The notes below the pieces were generated by a model, which did no database searches, was not told the DNA's origin, and saw nothing but the letters and a program-made list of their open reading frames with translations. Shown here one piece after another: positions 7,501-16,943 of a stretch of 32,000 nucleotides of DNA (the stretch's first letter is position 1; the number at the start of each line of letters is the position of its first letter). Position numbers and translations under genes: made by a program. The stretch is from Planctomycetales bacterium. Lineage in GTDB: Bacteria > 4484-113 > JAFGCY01. Location: assembly GCA_022646745.1 (NCBI GenBank), contig CP060262.1, positions 3,480,001-3,512,000 of the forward strand. Direction: 5' to 3'.

Positions 7501-9651
7501 ATGCCAGTTGCCGTTCGTCCCTTCCCTCTGTTGCTTGCAGCCCTGCTCACACTGCTGAATGCGTGTGCAGATGGTGGGCAGGCCATCACTGATCTGCAGC
7601 CAGTGGCAACGGTCAGCGGGCCGCAGTCATCGTCGAACCAGCTTCAGAACAGTATGCTGCCGGCCCTGCCCCAGGGACGCAGTTCGGCAGGCTTGACGGA
7701 GACGAGTGTCAATGGTGACAACACCTTCTCGCGCAGCAGCAGCGCCACACCCGTGAGTCCGGTTCTGCAGCTGGCCTCCGCTCCCGGGGAACTGAGCTGG
7801 GGCATCTGGGAACTTCCGGCGGTGGATGAGCTGCGTTTCCTGGACATCGAGATGTTCGTACCGGAACAGTCCGGCAGCGTCTATATCGCACTTGCGGACT
7901 ACAGTAAGGGCACATGGGACATCCAGGGGCCGGTCTTCGCGGGGCGGGTCGTCGAGCTGGACCCGGCGAGACATACTTCGCCTGGAAGCGCGATGTATGC
8001 AGCCGTTCTTGCCCATGACGGCGCGGACGCCACCGTGCAGAAACTCTCGCTGGTGGCCCACCACGCCAATGCCGCCCCGAGCGCCGCACTGGTTGCTGAT
8101 GTAACGAGTGGAACCGCGCCGCTGACAGTGGAGTTCGATGCCAGCGGCAGCAGCGACCCCGATGGCAACATCGTGCGCTATCTGTGGGACTGGGACGGTA
8201 ACGGCGGCTTCGATGAGCAGAGTATCAGTCCTGTTGTTACACATATCTACACCTCCGGCGGCAGCTTCAGTGCCAGTGTCGTGGTGGAGGACAGTGACGG
8301 CGAACGCAGCAGCAGTACGCCTGTGGAAATCTCGGTGAACAACCCGCCGCTGGCGAAGCTGACCATCACGACGGATGAGGTCCAGAAAGGCGCGGACGTT
8401 CATCTGAACGGCTCATTGAGCAGCGACGGTGACGGCAGCATCGTGAAGTATGAGTGGGACACCGACGGCAACGGCAGTTTCGAGACCGACAGCGGCGCGT
8501 TCAGCCAGATTACTTTCGCTGCATTGACGGCGGGGCCTTTCGTAATCCAGCTACGGGTGACGGACAACAGTGGCGCGACAGCTATTGGCAGCGCCGTGCT
8601 GAACGTCCGCGGCTGGAACACGACTACGCCTGAAGCGGGTCCTAACTTCACCGGCGTCTTCAACTCGCTGGCCGTTGTCAACGGCAAGCCGGCGATCTGC
8701 TACCATGACCAGGGCAACCGCGACCTGCGTTATGTACAGGCCCTGGATTCCGAGGGCAGCGTCTGGGGCACGCCGCTGACGGTGGACGGCGAGGGCATCA
8801 CCGGTCTGCACACCTCGCTGGCCGTGGTCAACGGCAAGCCGGCGATCGGCTACCGCGACTCCGACAACGACGAGCTGCGCTATGTGCGGGCCACGGATAC
8901 AGACGGCAGCGCCTGGGGAACACCGATCACAGTGGACAGCAACGCGGACAACATCTCCACGCCTCTCTCACTGGCAGTGGTCAACGGCAACCCGGCGATC
9001 AGCTACCAGGACCCTACTGACCTGGACCTGCGTTTCGTGCGGGCGACCAACGCGAATGGCAGTGCCTGGAACGCTCCATTGACACTGGACAGCGTGGGCG
9101 ATACTGGTAAGGATTGCTCGCTGGCCGTCGTCAACGGCAACCCGGCGGTCAGCTACTTTGACACAACGAACACGGCATTACGCTATGTACGCGCCACTGA
9201 CGCATCCGGTACGGCCTGGGGCATGCCGGTGACTCTGGACAGCACGGGCATCACTGGCACGGATACCTCGCTGGCTGTGGTCAACGGTAACCCGGCAATC
9301 AGCTACCGCGACGGCAGCAATGGCTTCCTGCGCTTCATACGGGCCGAAGATCCCGACGGCAGCGCATGGAACACGCCGCTGACCCTGGATGATGCTGGCG
9401 GCACCGGTCTTTACACCTCACTGGCCATCATAAACGGTAAGCCGGCGGTCTCCTACCAGGACCTCAACAACGCCGACCTACGATATATACAGGCTGCTGA
9501 CGCTGACGGCACGATCTGGGAAGCACCATTGACCATTGATTTCCTGAATAATGTCGGCAGTTTCACTTCGCTGGCGGAGGTCAACGGCAGGCCGGCAATC
9601 AGCTATCACAAGAACACGGACGGCGACCTGCGCTACGCCTGGGGCTTCTAG
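7501..9651 (+). CDS. lipoprotein: conserved N-domain + 2 PKD domains + 7 propeller-like repeats (paralog 1)
   Basis: Lipobox LLNAC. PKD signatures YLWDWDGNG and YEWDTDGNG. Seven ~45-aa repeats SLAVVNGxPAISYxD...LRYVRA.D..G..W..P. The ORF is also open from TTG 7483. Confidence 0.8.
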   Translation: MPVAVRPFPLLLAALLTLLNACADGGQAITDLQPVATVSGPQSSSNQLQNSMLPALPQGRSSAGLTETSVNGDNTFSRSSSATPVSPVLQLASAPGELSWGIWELPAVDELRFLDIEMFVPEQSGSVYIALADYSKGTWDIQGPVFAGRVVELDPARHTSPGSAMYAAVLAHDGADATVQKLSLVAHHANAAPSAALVADVTSGTAPLTVEFDASGSSDPDGNIVRYLWDWDGNGGFDEQSISPVVTHIYTSGGSFSASVVVEDSDGERSSSTPVEISVNNPPLAKLTITTDEVQKGADVHLNGSLSSDGDGSIVKYEWDTDGNGSFETDSGAFSQITFAALTAGPFVIQLRVTDNSGATAIGSAVLNVRGWNTTTPEAGPNFTGVFNSLAVVNGKPAICYHDQGNRDLRYVQALDSEGSVWGTPLTVDGEGITGLHTSLAVVNGKPAIGYRDSDNDELRYVRATDTDGSAWGTPITVDSNADNISTPLSLAVVNGNPAISYQDPTDLDLRFVRATNANGSAWNAPLTLDSVGDTGKDCSLAVVNGNPAVSYFDTTNTALRYVRATDASGTAWGMPVTLDSTGITGTDTSLAVVNGNPAISYRDGSNGFLRFIRAEDPDGSAWNTPLTLDDAGGTGLYTSLAIINGKPAVSYQDLNNADLRYIQAADADGTIWEAPLTIDFLNNVGSFTSLAEVNGRPAISYHKNTDGDLRYAWGF

Positions 9652-9786
9652 GGCAGCCAGCAGGCAGGTCTTCCATATCTCGCAAACTTCACCTGCGGGA
9701 TCAAACAGCACCGAAGCGGATATCCTGCATGTCCGCATTTAACCAGTGTTAAACTCTGGGCATCGCTCCTGATCTGAGGTGACTCG

Positions 9787-11937
9787 ATGCTCACGAAGGA
9801 TCGCCTTCTTTCCTGGCTGATCGCCGCATTGCTTACGTTACTGGGTGCCTGTGCTGATGGTGGACGCACCACAGGGGAACTGCGACCTGCTCCCGGCCTT
9901 GCCAATCAGCTCCCTTCACTCCATACGGACAACCTTAGCTCATTGCCTGCCCTGCCCCTGATGCGCGGTGCATCCGACCTCACTGAAAGCAGCGTGGATG
10001 GCGACAGTACTTACGCACGCAGTGGCAATGCCATGCCTGCCAGCCCGGCACTGCAGCTGGCTGCCGAGGCAACTGAACTGAGCTGGGGCATCTGGGAACT
10101 GCCGGCCTCCGGTGAACTGCGCTACCTCGACATCGACATGACTGTGCCTGAGCAAGCCGGCAGTGTCTACATCGCACTCGCTGACTATCAATCTGGAAGT
10201 TGGCAACTAGACGGACCGGTGTTTTCCGGCAGGGTGCTCGAGCTTGACCCGGATAAGCATGCCTCGCCGGACAACGCACTGTATGCCGCAGTGATTGCAT
10301 ATGACAAGGCAGAGGCAACGGTGCAGAAGCTCAGCCTGCTGGCCGGCCATTCGAACACGGCACCAAGTGCTGTGCTAGAAGCGGAAGTCGTTTCTGGCAA
10401 TGCACCGCTGGCGGTGGAACTTGACGCCAGTGGCAGCACAGACCCTGATGGCAACATCGCGCGCTACCTGTGGGACTGGGACGGAGATGGCCTTGTTGAT
10501 GGCACGAGCTACAGCGCAGTGCTTCAGCATACCTACGAAGCAGGAGGCGAATTCGCTGCCACAGTCACGGTTGAGGATGCCGATGGTGCAAGCGGCACCA
10601 GCACCGCTGTCAACATCAATGTCAACGGACAGCCCACTGCCGTGCTGAGCCTTGCTGACAGCGAAGTGCAGAAGGGCGATATCGTGGTGCTTAATGGCAG
10701 CCTGAGCAGCGACAGTGATGGCAGCATCGTGCTGTACGAATGGGATACGGACGGCGACGGCAGCTTCGATGCGGACAGTGGCGACAGCAGCACACTCAAC
10801 ATCGGCGCCGGGACCGCCGGTCCATTGCTGCTGCAGCTGCGGGTGACTGACGACGACGGAGCGACGGCGGTCGACACTGCGCTTCTGAATGTGCGGGGCT
10901 GGAACACTGTCAACGTGAACCTGTTCGGCGGCCCTGACCACGGGAAGCACTGCTCACTGGCGCTTGTGAACGGCTTTCCGGCGATCAGCTACTACCGGGA
11001 AAGCACCGCAGACCTGATGTATGTCCGGGCGACTGATGCCGAAGGCAGCAGCTGGGGCAACCCGATAGCAGTTGCGACTCCCAGCGACCAGGGCCAATTC
11101 AGCTCACTGCTGGTTGTCAACGGCAACCCGGCAATCGGGTTCTGGGAAGCCACGAACAGCAACCTGCGCTACGTGCGGTCCGCTGACCCTGATGGCACGG
11201 TCTGGGCACCGTCGATAACCGTCGACGCACCGGGCCTGACCGGTTCATACCTCTCGATGGCGCTGGTGCACGACAATCCGGCAATGAGCTACCACGACTC
11301 TGCACTCGGCCTGCGCTTCGTGAGGGCGAATGATGCCAATGGATCAGACTGGGGCACGCCGCTGAGCCTGGACAGCGTCGGTATCACCGGGGGTTACACA
11401 TCACTTGCCCTGCTGTCCACCGGCTACCCGGCGATCAGCTACTACGATGCCAGCAATGGAGACCTGCGCTTCATCCGGGCAACGGACCAGGACGGCACCG
11501 CCTGGGTCGCGCCGGTTACGCTGGACAGCCTTGGTGACACCGGCGTGAACACATCGCTGGCATTGGTCAACGGCAATCCGGCGATCAGCTACTACGACCA
11601 GGGAGCCGACAACCTGCGCTACATCCGGGCCGAAACCTTCTTTGGCAGTATCTGGGGTCCGCCCCAGACCCTGGACAGCATCGGTGACACAGGTGATTAT
11701 CCATCACTGGAAGTCATCAACGGCTTCCCGGCAATCAGCTACCACGATGCCACCAGTGGCAAGCTGCGCTACATCCGCGCCACGGATGCCAACGGCCAGG
11801 TCTGGAACCCCTCGCTGACACTGGATAACGCGACATCAACTGGTGAATACACTTCTATGTGCATGATTGGCGGCGGCCGCCACGCCATCTGCTACTACGA
11901 CAGCAACTCCGGGCTGCGTTACGCCTGGGAGTTCTAG
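9787..11937 (+). CDS. lipoprotein: conserved N-domain + 2 PKD domains + 7 propeller-like repeats (paralog 2)
   Basis: SD GAGGTG 6 nt upstream. Lipobox LLGAC. The N-terminal half is closely similar to paralog 1 (ELSWGIWELPA, SVYIALADY, ATVQKLSL, LNVRGWNT). Seven repeats. Confidence 0.85.
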   Translation: MLTKDRLLSWLIAALLTLLGACADGGRTTGELRPAPGLANQLPSLHTDNLSSLPALPLMRGASDLTESSVDGDSTYARSGNAMPASPALQLAAEATELSWGIWELPASGELRYLDIDMTVPEQAGSVYIALADYQSGSWQLDGPVFSGRVLELDPDKHASPDNALYAAVIAYDKAEATVQKLSLLAGHSNTAPSAVLEAEVVSGNAPLAVELDASGSTDPDGNIARYLWDWDGDGLVDGTSYSAVLQHTYEAGGEFAATVTVEDADGASGTSTAVNINVNGQPTAVLSLADSEVQKGDIVVLNGSLSSDSDGSIVLYEWDTDGDGSFDADSGDSSTLNIGAGTAGPLLLQLRVTDDDGATAVDTALLNVRGWNTVNVNLFGGPDHGKHCSLALVNGFPAISYYRESTADLMYVRATDAEGSSWGNPIAVATPSDQGQFSSLLVVNGNPAIGFWEATNSNLRYVRSADPDGTVWAPSITVDAPGLTGSYLSMALVHDNPAMSYHDSALGLRFVRANDANGSDWGTPLSLDSVGITGGYTSLALLSTGYPAISYYDASNGDLRFIRATDQDGTAWVAPVTLDSLGDTGVNTSLALVNGNPAISYYDQGADNLRYIRAETFFGSIWGPPQTLDSIGDTGDYPSLEVINGFPAISYHDATSGKLRYIRATDANGQVWNPSLTLDNATSTGEYTSMCMIGGGRHAICYYDSNSGLRYAWEF

Positions 11938-12013
11938 GGCAACCTGAAGTCGGCACTCATCCGGGGCCAGCCAACCAGTTCGACAATGCGGAAGCTGAAG
12001 CAGTCCCGGGGAA

Positions 12014-13975
12014 TCAGTAGACCCTGAGGAACATCAGGTCGCCCGGCACCACGTTGTGGAAGCTGATCCCCGCGCGCCCGGCCACCGCGGCCAGAGAGAG
12101 ATAGTCATAGTCCACGTTGCCGGCCCCCATGCGCAGCTCCTCGGCCCACTCTGATCCCTGGGCATCGAGGGCCTCGATGTAGCGCAGCTGGGCATGCCCG
12201 GAGCAGTAGTAGGCCACGGCCGGCACACCGTTGACAATCGCCATCGAGCAGAAGCCGCGGGTGATCCACTGGTCGTCCAGCACCTGGACCGCGCCCCAGT
12301 TGCCGCCGACGGCATCAGACGAGCGGATGTACTTCAGGCAGAAGTCCCCTTCGTAGGCGATCGCCGGCAGGCCGTCCACCACAAGCAAGGTGTTGTAGGG
12401 ATCGATGTTGACATCATCATCTATCACCGTGGCGGCGGGCCAGGCTGAGCCGGCGGCATCGAGGGCACGCACATAGTGCAACTCCTTGCCTGAGGCCCGG
12501 TTGAAGCTGATCGCAGGGAGGCCCTGGACCTCGCAAAGTGAGGGATAGCGCCCGACCCAGCCGTCGTCGGCAACAGTGACGGGCAGGCCCCAGGCCAGGC
12601 CGAGGGCATCCGCGCTGCTGATGAAGCGCAGGTCTGCGTTGCTGGCATCATAGTAGGCTACGGCGGGCTTGCCGGCGATTACGGCCAGCGAGCAGTACTG
12701 CCCGACGTCGTTGATGGCTTCCAGCACCTGCGGCTGGCCCCACTGGCTGCCGTCAGGCTGCGTGGCGCGGATGAACATCAGGTTGCCGTTGCCAGCATCG
12801 TAGTAGCTGATCGCGGGGTTGCCGGCGACGATCTTCATGCAGGCATACTGCCCCACATCGCCATTGTCATCCAGCACGACCGGCTCAGCCCATTGCCCGC
12901 CCTGCCCATCGAGGGCACGGCGGAACTTCAGGCAGGCATTGTCCTCATCGTAGTATGCGATCGCCGGGCGGCCGTCCACCACTGCCAGCGAGGTGTGCTT
13001 GCCTGTCACACCTTCGCCCTCCAGCAGCTGGGCATCACCCAGGCCGTGCACCTTGACGACAAGGCTGTCCGTGTCCTGCGCGCCGTCGTCATCGGTGACA
13101 CGCAGGGTGACGGTGTACTCCCCGCCGGTGGAATAGCTGAACTCCACTGTCGCGGGATCATTGTCATCGTCAAACACCGCATCCTGGAAGTCCAGGTCAC
13201 CGTCAATGTCATATTCGTAAGTGACGATCTCGCCGTCGGGGTCAGTACTAAAGAGTGCACTCACCACGGTAACCGCCCCCAGGTCAATCTCAAGGAATTC
13301 GATATCCAGTACAGCCGTGGGGGGCTGGTTGTCCCCTCCCCCGCCGTCGCCACCATTGCCACCGCCTCCGCCGTCGCCACCGTTGCCTCCTCCGCCATTG
13401 CCGCCATTGTCCGGGTCATCATCGGTGGAGAACAGCAGCCCGTTGACGGTCACGTCATTGCCGGCCGGGGCCAGCACAGTGACGAACACGGTGTCCGCCG
13501 GGGAGATGTAACGGGCATCATCATTGGCAAGTTCGCAGTCATCGCTGTAGGGGCCGTGGATCTCCCAGCGGCCGCTGTCGTAATCTGCCAGCGCAATGTA
13601 GGCACCGCTGCCCTCGCCGTTGCTCATGTCGATGCTGACACTGAGCGGGGCCTGGCCCTGCAGGTCGAATCCGTACTGTGACCACTGCAGGCCGGCCTGC
13701 TGGCCGAGGGCATTGAGCCACAGTGCCGGGGGCATTTCGAGGATGTTGTCCGAGGCGGCGATGTAGGAACTCCCACTGACGGCCTGCTCCACCAGCTGGG
13801 AGGCTGCACGTCCATCAGGCAGCTCCGGCAGGCCCGCCAGCTCCACGGCATTGGCTGCCGGGGGCTGCTGCAGCCCACTGCTGCCCTGCGGGGAGATACC
13901 GCCGCAGGAGGCTGCAAACAGGGATGCAGAGAGGATCAGCAGGGCCAGGCCCGCCGTGTGGAGTCGATTGCTCAT
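12014..13975 (-). CDS. lipoprotein: conserved N-domain + Gly/Asn/Asp linker + 1 PKD domain + 7 propeller-like repeats (paralog 3)
   Basis: ATG 13975 has GAGG upstream; the ORF is also open to TTG 13996. Lipobox FAASC. AYIALADYDSGRWEIHGP, PKD-like TYEYDIDGD, seven repeats. Confidence 0.8.
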   Translation of the reverse strand: MSNRLHTAGLALLILSASLFAASCGGISPQGSSGLQQPPAANAVELAGLPELPDGRAASQLVEQAVSGSSYIAASDNILEMPPALWLNALGQQAGLQWSQYGFDLQGQAPLSVSIDMSNGEGSGAYIALADYDSGRWEIHGPYSDDCELANDDARYISPADTVFVTVLAPAGNDVTVNGLLFSTDDDPDNGGNGGGGNGGDGGGGGNGGDGGGGDNQPPTAVLDIEFLEIDLGAVTVVSALFSTDPDGEIVTYEYDIDGDLDFQDAVFDDDNDPATVEFSYSTGGEYTVTLRVTDDDGAQDTDSLVVKVHGLGDAQLLEGEGVTGKHTSLAVVDGRPAIAYYDEDNACLKFRRALDGQGGQWAEPVVLDDNGDVGQYACMKIVAGNPAISYYDAGNGNLMFIRATQPDGSQWGQPQVLEAINDVGQYCSLAVIAGKPAVAYYDASNADLRFISSADALGLAWGLPVTVADDGWVGRYPSLCEVQGLPAISFNRASGKELHYVRALDAAGSAWPAATVIDDDVNIDPYNTLLVVDGLPAIAYEGDFCLKYIRSSDAVGGNWGAVQVLDDQWITRGFCSMAIVNGVPAVAYYCSGHAQLRYIEALDAQGSEWAEELRMGAGNVDYDYLSLAAVAGRAGISFHNVVPGDLMFLRVY

Positions 13976-14062
13976 ATTGTGCCTCGCAGTTCTCAAACCG
14001 GGCGTTTTACCCGCTGTCAGGAACGGCTAAACCACGGCACAGGAGCGGGAGCGCTGCTCATC

Positions 14063-14070
14063 TGTATAAT
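14063..14070 (+). promoter_or_regulatory. possible -10 element (TGTATAAT) for tRNA-Pro
   Basis: TATAAT at 14065-14070, 11 nt before the tRNA 5' end. No good -35. Confidence 0.3.
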
Positions 14071-14081
14071 ATGCAGTTCTT

Positions 14082-14156
14082 CGGGCAGTAGCGCAGTCCG
14101 GTTAGCGTACCTGCTTTGGGAGCAGGGGGTCGTGAGTTCGAATCTCACCTGCCCGA
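14082..14156 (+). tRNA. tRNA-Pro (anticodon UGG)
   Basis: Acceptor CGGGCAG/CTGCCCG, anticodon stem CCTGC/GCAGG, loop TTTGGGA, T-arm GTGAG-TTCGAAT-CTCAC. 75 nt. Confidence 0.9.
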
Positions 14157-14162
14157 TACTTC

Positions 14163-14199
14163 GAGGTTACAGGTTGCTGGTTGCAGGGATCAGGGTTGG
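14163..14199. repeat. G-rich heptamer array (GGTTACA GGTTGCT GGTTGCA GGGATCA GGGTTGG), left arm of an inverted pair
   Basis: 7-nt periodicity. It is imperfectly complementary to 14277-14327. Confidence 0.65.
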
Positions 14200-14200
14200 T

Positions 14201-14219
14201 CTGACATCTTCGATGTCAG
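14201..14219 (+). terminator. perfect 8-bp stem-loop (CTGACATC-TTC-GATGTCAG)
   Basis: Lies just inside the left arm, downstream of tRNA-Pro. No U-tract, so terminator function is uncertain. Confidence 0.35.
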
Positions 14220-14276
14220 CAGAATTGTTCTGGTGACGCTAAGCCTCACACCGACCCAGAACTCAGATACCAGACA

Positions 14277-14327
14277 CCTGATTCTTCTGCAACCAGCACC
14301 CTGCAACCAGTAACCTGATTCTTCTCC
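14277..14327. repeat. C-rich array, right arm (reverse complement reads GGTTACT GGTTGCA GGGTGCT GGTTGCA)
   Basis: Reverse complement aligns in register with 14163-14199. CCTGATTCTTCT occurs twice. Confidence 0.6.
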
Positions 14328-14408
14328 ACACTCTCTCCATACCAGCGCGGCACTTAGGCGACACACGCTGGTTAGCATTCCTGCATCACAGTTGTGAGGA
14401 GTAATGGA

Positions 14409-15011
14409 ATGAAGATCAAGGCAGTAAGCATGACCATCTGGGCACTGGTGCTCAGCATCCTGGTTGCCGCCAGCGCGAGCGCTGGACACCATGAGGGCGA
14501 CAAGGGCAAGGACAGCAAGGAAGCCAAGGCGATGGACATCGTCGATACCGCCGCCTCTGCCGGCACCTTCAACACCCTGCTGGCTGCCGCCAAGGCCGCC
14601 GGCCTGGTTGATGCACTGAAGGGCGATGGCCCGCTGACCGTGTTTGCCCCGACCGACGAGGCCTTTGCCGCACTGCCGGAGGGCACCGTCGAGAGACTGC
14701 TGCTTCCCGAGAACAAGGACAAGCTGGCGGAGATCCTGCTCTACCACGTGGTGAGCGGCAAGGTCGTCGCCGAGCAGGCCGTCAAGCTTGAGAGCGCACC
14801 GACACTGGCCGGCCAGGAGCTGAGCCTGATGGTCAAGGACGGCACACTGATGATTGACAATGCCAGTGTCGTCGCCGCCGACGTGATGGCCAGCAACGGC
14901 GTGATCCATGTGATCAACGCGGTGCTGATCCCGTCTGCGGATGCCCCGAAGACCGCCACCAAGGCTGCCCACGGCAGCAGTGATGCCGGTTGCCACTGCG
15001 GAAGCCACTAA
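14409..15011 (+). CDS. fasciclin (FAS1) domain protein, secreted
   Basis: SD GAGGAG 7 nt upstream. Signal peptide. TVFAPTDEAFAALPEGTVE...LLYHVVSGKV and VIHVINAVLIP motifs. Confidence 0.8.
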   Translation: MKIKAVSMTIWALVLSILVAASASAGHHEGDKGKDSKEAKAMDIVDTAASAGTFNTLLAAAKAAGLVDALKGDGPLTVFAPTDEAFAALPEGTVERLLLPENKDKLAEILLYHVVSGKVVAEQAVKLESAPTLAGQELSLMVKDGTLMIDNASVVAADVMASNGVIHVINAVLIPSADAPKTATKAAHGSSDAGCHCGSH

Positions 15012-15102
15012 CCATCCCGCATTGCGGAGGACAGGCCCGGCCGACCCATCTCCGGCCCGGGCCGCCTCCGCTCCATAAACTGAAACATCCGCAGGCACTA
15101 TC

Positions 15103-15846
15103 ATGGAAAGCATACTGTTGAAGAAAACCGGTGGAGACTACGCGTTGAATTCCAGCCGAGAGATCCTCGTGATTGAGGACGAAGCAGACATCAAGCGTGT
15201 GATCGAGCTGAACCTGGCAGCCGAGGGCTACCGCGTGAAGGTCGCCGCCGACGGCCTGCAGGGCCTGCAGATGATCCGCAGCCTGAAGCCCGACCTGGTG
15301 CTGCTGGACCTGATGCTGCCCGGCAAGGACGGGCTGGACATCTGCCGCGAGGTGAAGGCCGACAAGGACCTCAGGCATATCCCGATCATCATGGTCAGCG
15401 CGCGCGGCGAGGAGCAGGATGTGATCATCGGGCTCGGGCTGGGAGCGGACGACTACATCTGCAAGCCATTCCGTGTCGGTGAGCTGATGGCACGTGTGCG
15501 GGCCGCCTTCCGCCGTGTCGACAGCGCGCCGAGCGGACGGCGCAACCAGAAGCTGGAATATGGCGACGTGACCCTCGACCTCGACGCGCGCAAGCTGCTG
15601 GTTGATGGCGAGGAAGTGCATACCACCGCGACGGAGTTCCGCCTGCTGCGCGCCCTGCTGGAGAACCCCGGCAAGGCCTTCTCGCGCCAGCTGCTGACTG
15701 ATATCGCCATCGGGGACGAGGTATATGTCAACGAGCGCACGATCGACAGCCATGTGAGTGCGGTGCGCAGCAAGCTCGGTGAGGCCCGCGGCTGGATCCG
15801 CACAGTATGGGGCGTGGGCTACCGCTTCGAACCGGACACGGACTGA
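15103..15846 (+). CDS. OmpR/PhoB-family response regulator
   Basis: Receiver domain (ILVIEDE, LVLLDLMLPGKDG, KPF) plus winged-helix output (TATEFRLLRALL, VWGVGYRF). Confidence 0.9.
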   Translation: MESILLKKTGGDYALNSSREILVIEDEADIKRVIELNLAAEGYRVKVAADGLQGLQMIRSLKPDLVLLDLMLPGKDGLDICREVKADKDLRHIPIIMVSARGEEQDVIIGLGLGADDYICKPFRVGELMARVRAAFRRVDSAPSGRRNQKLEYGDVTLDLDARKLLVDGEEVHTTATEFRLLRALLENPGKAFSRQLLTDIAIGDEVYVNERTIDSHVSAVRSKLGEARGWIRTVWGVGYRFEPDTD

Positions 15847-15872
15847 GGCAGCTCGGCTACAATCGAACCGGC

Positions 15873-16943
15873 ATGCCACTCAGCAGATTCAACCTGACAT
15901 TCGAGCGCCTGATGGAGGAGATCAGCGAGGGAATCTCCATCAGCGACCCGAGCCAGCCTGACAACCCGCTGGTGTTCGTCAACTCCGCCTTCTGCCGCCT
16001 GAGCGGCTACTCGGACGAGGAAGTGCTCGGCAAGAACTGCCGCTTCCTGCAGGGGCCGGGCACGGACCAGGCCCAGATGGACATCCTGCGCAAGGCGCTC
16101 AGGGAAGCCAAGCCCTGCGTGGTGGAGATCCTCAACTACCGCAAGGATGGCAGTGAGTTCTGGAACAGCCTCAGCATCAGCCCGGTGACGGATGCCGATG
16201 GCTCGCTGCGCTTCTTCATCGGGGTGCAGACGGACATCACGCGCCGCCGCCAGCTGGAGGAACGCCAGCGGCAGTTCGTCGGCGACATGGCGCATGAACT
16301 GAAGACACCGCTGGCGGCGATCCTCGGCCTGACGGAGACGCTGAAGCGCCAGCCCGCGATGGAGGACGGCCTGCGCGAGGAGATCTACACCTCGCTGCTG
16401 TCCCAGTCCGAGCGCCTGCACCTGACGGTGAACGACATCCTCGACATCTCTCGGCTGAACTCGATGGCGTCCATCACATCGATGCAGCTGATCAGCCTCG
16501 AGCACCTGCTGGGTGAAGTGCTGGAGGGCTTCCTGCCGCAGGCGAAGCTGGCCGGGATCAGCCTTGACTGCAGCATCGAGAAAGGCAGCTTTGTGGTGAT
16601 GGGCGACCCCTGGTCACTGGGCACGCTGATTGGCAACCTGCTCAGCAATGCACTGAAGTATTCCCCCAGCGGCTCGCAGGTGGCGGTGGAGCTGAAGCAT
16701 GACGAGGGGCAGATGCTGAGCCTGAGTGTGACTGACAACGGGCCGGGGATCGCTGAGGAGCACTGCAAGCACATCTTCGAGCGCTTCTACCGGGTGGAGG
16801 CCAGCCGCAGCCGGGACAAGGGCGGCACGGGGCTCGGGCTCGCGATCGTGCAGGAAGTGGCAACGCGGCACGGCGGACATGTGCTGCTGGAGAGTGAACT
16901 GGGCAGGGGGAGCCGGTTCACGGTGAAGCTGCCTGTGAGGTAG
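15873..16943 (+). CDS. soluble LOV-domain sensor histidine kinase
   Basis: LOV signature GKNCRFLQG with the adduct-forming Cys. H-box MAHELKTPL, N-box LLSNALKYS, G1 DNGPGI, G2 GGTGLGLAIV. No TM segments. Confidence 0.85.
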   Translation: MPLSRFNLTFERLMEEISEGISISDPSQPDNPLVFVNSAFCRLSGYSDEEVLGKNCRFLQGPGTDQAQMDILRKALREAKPCVVEILNYRKDGSEFWNSLSISPVTDADGSLRFFIGVQTDITRRRQLEERQRQFVGDMAHELKTPLAAILGLTETLKRQPAMEDGLREEIYTSLLSQSERLHLTVNDILDISRLNSMASITSMQLISLEHLLGEVLEGFLPQAKLAGISLDCSIEKGSFVVMGDPWSLGTLIGNLLSNALKYSPSGSQVAVELKHDEGQMLSLSVTDNGPGIAEEHCKHIFERFYRVEASRSRDKGGTGLGLAIVQEVATRHGGHVLLESELGRGSRFTVKLPVR

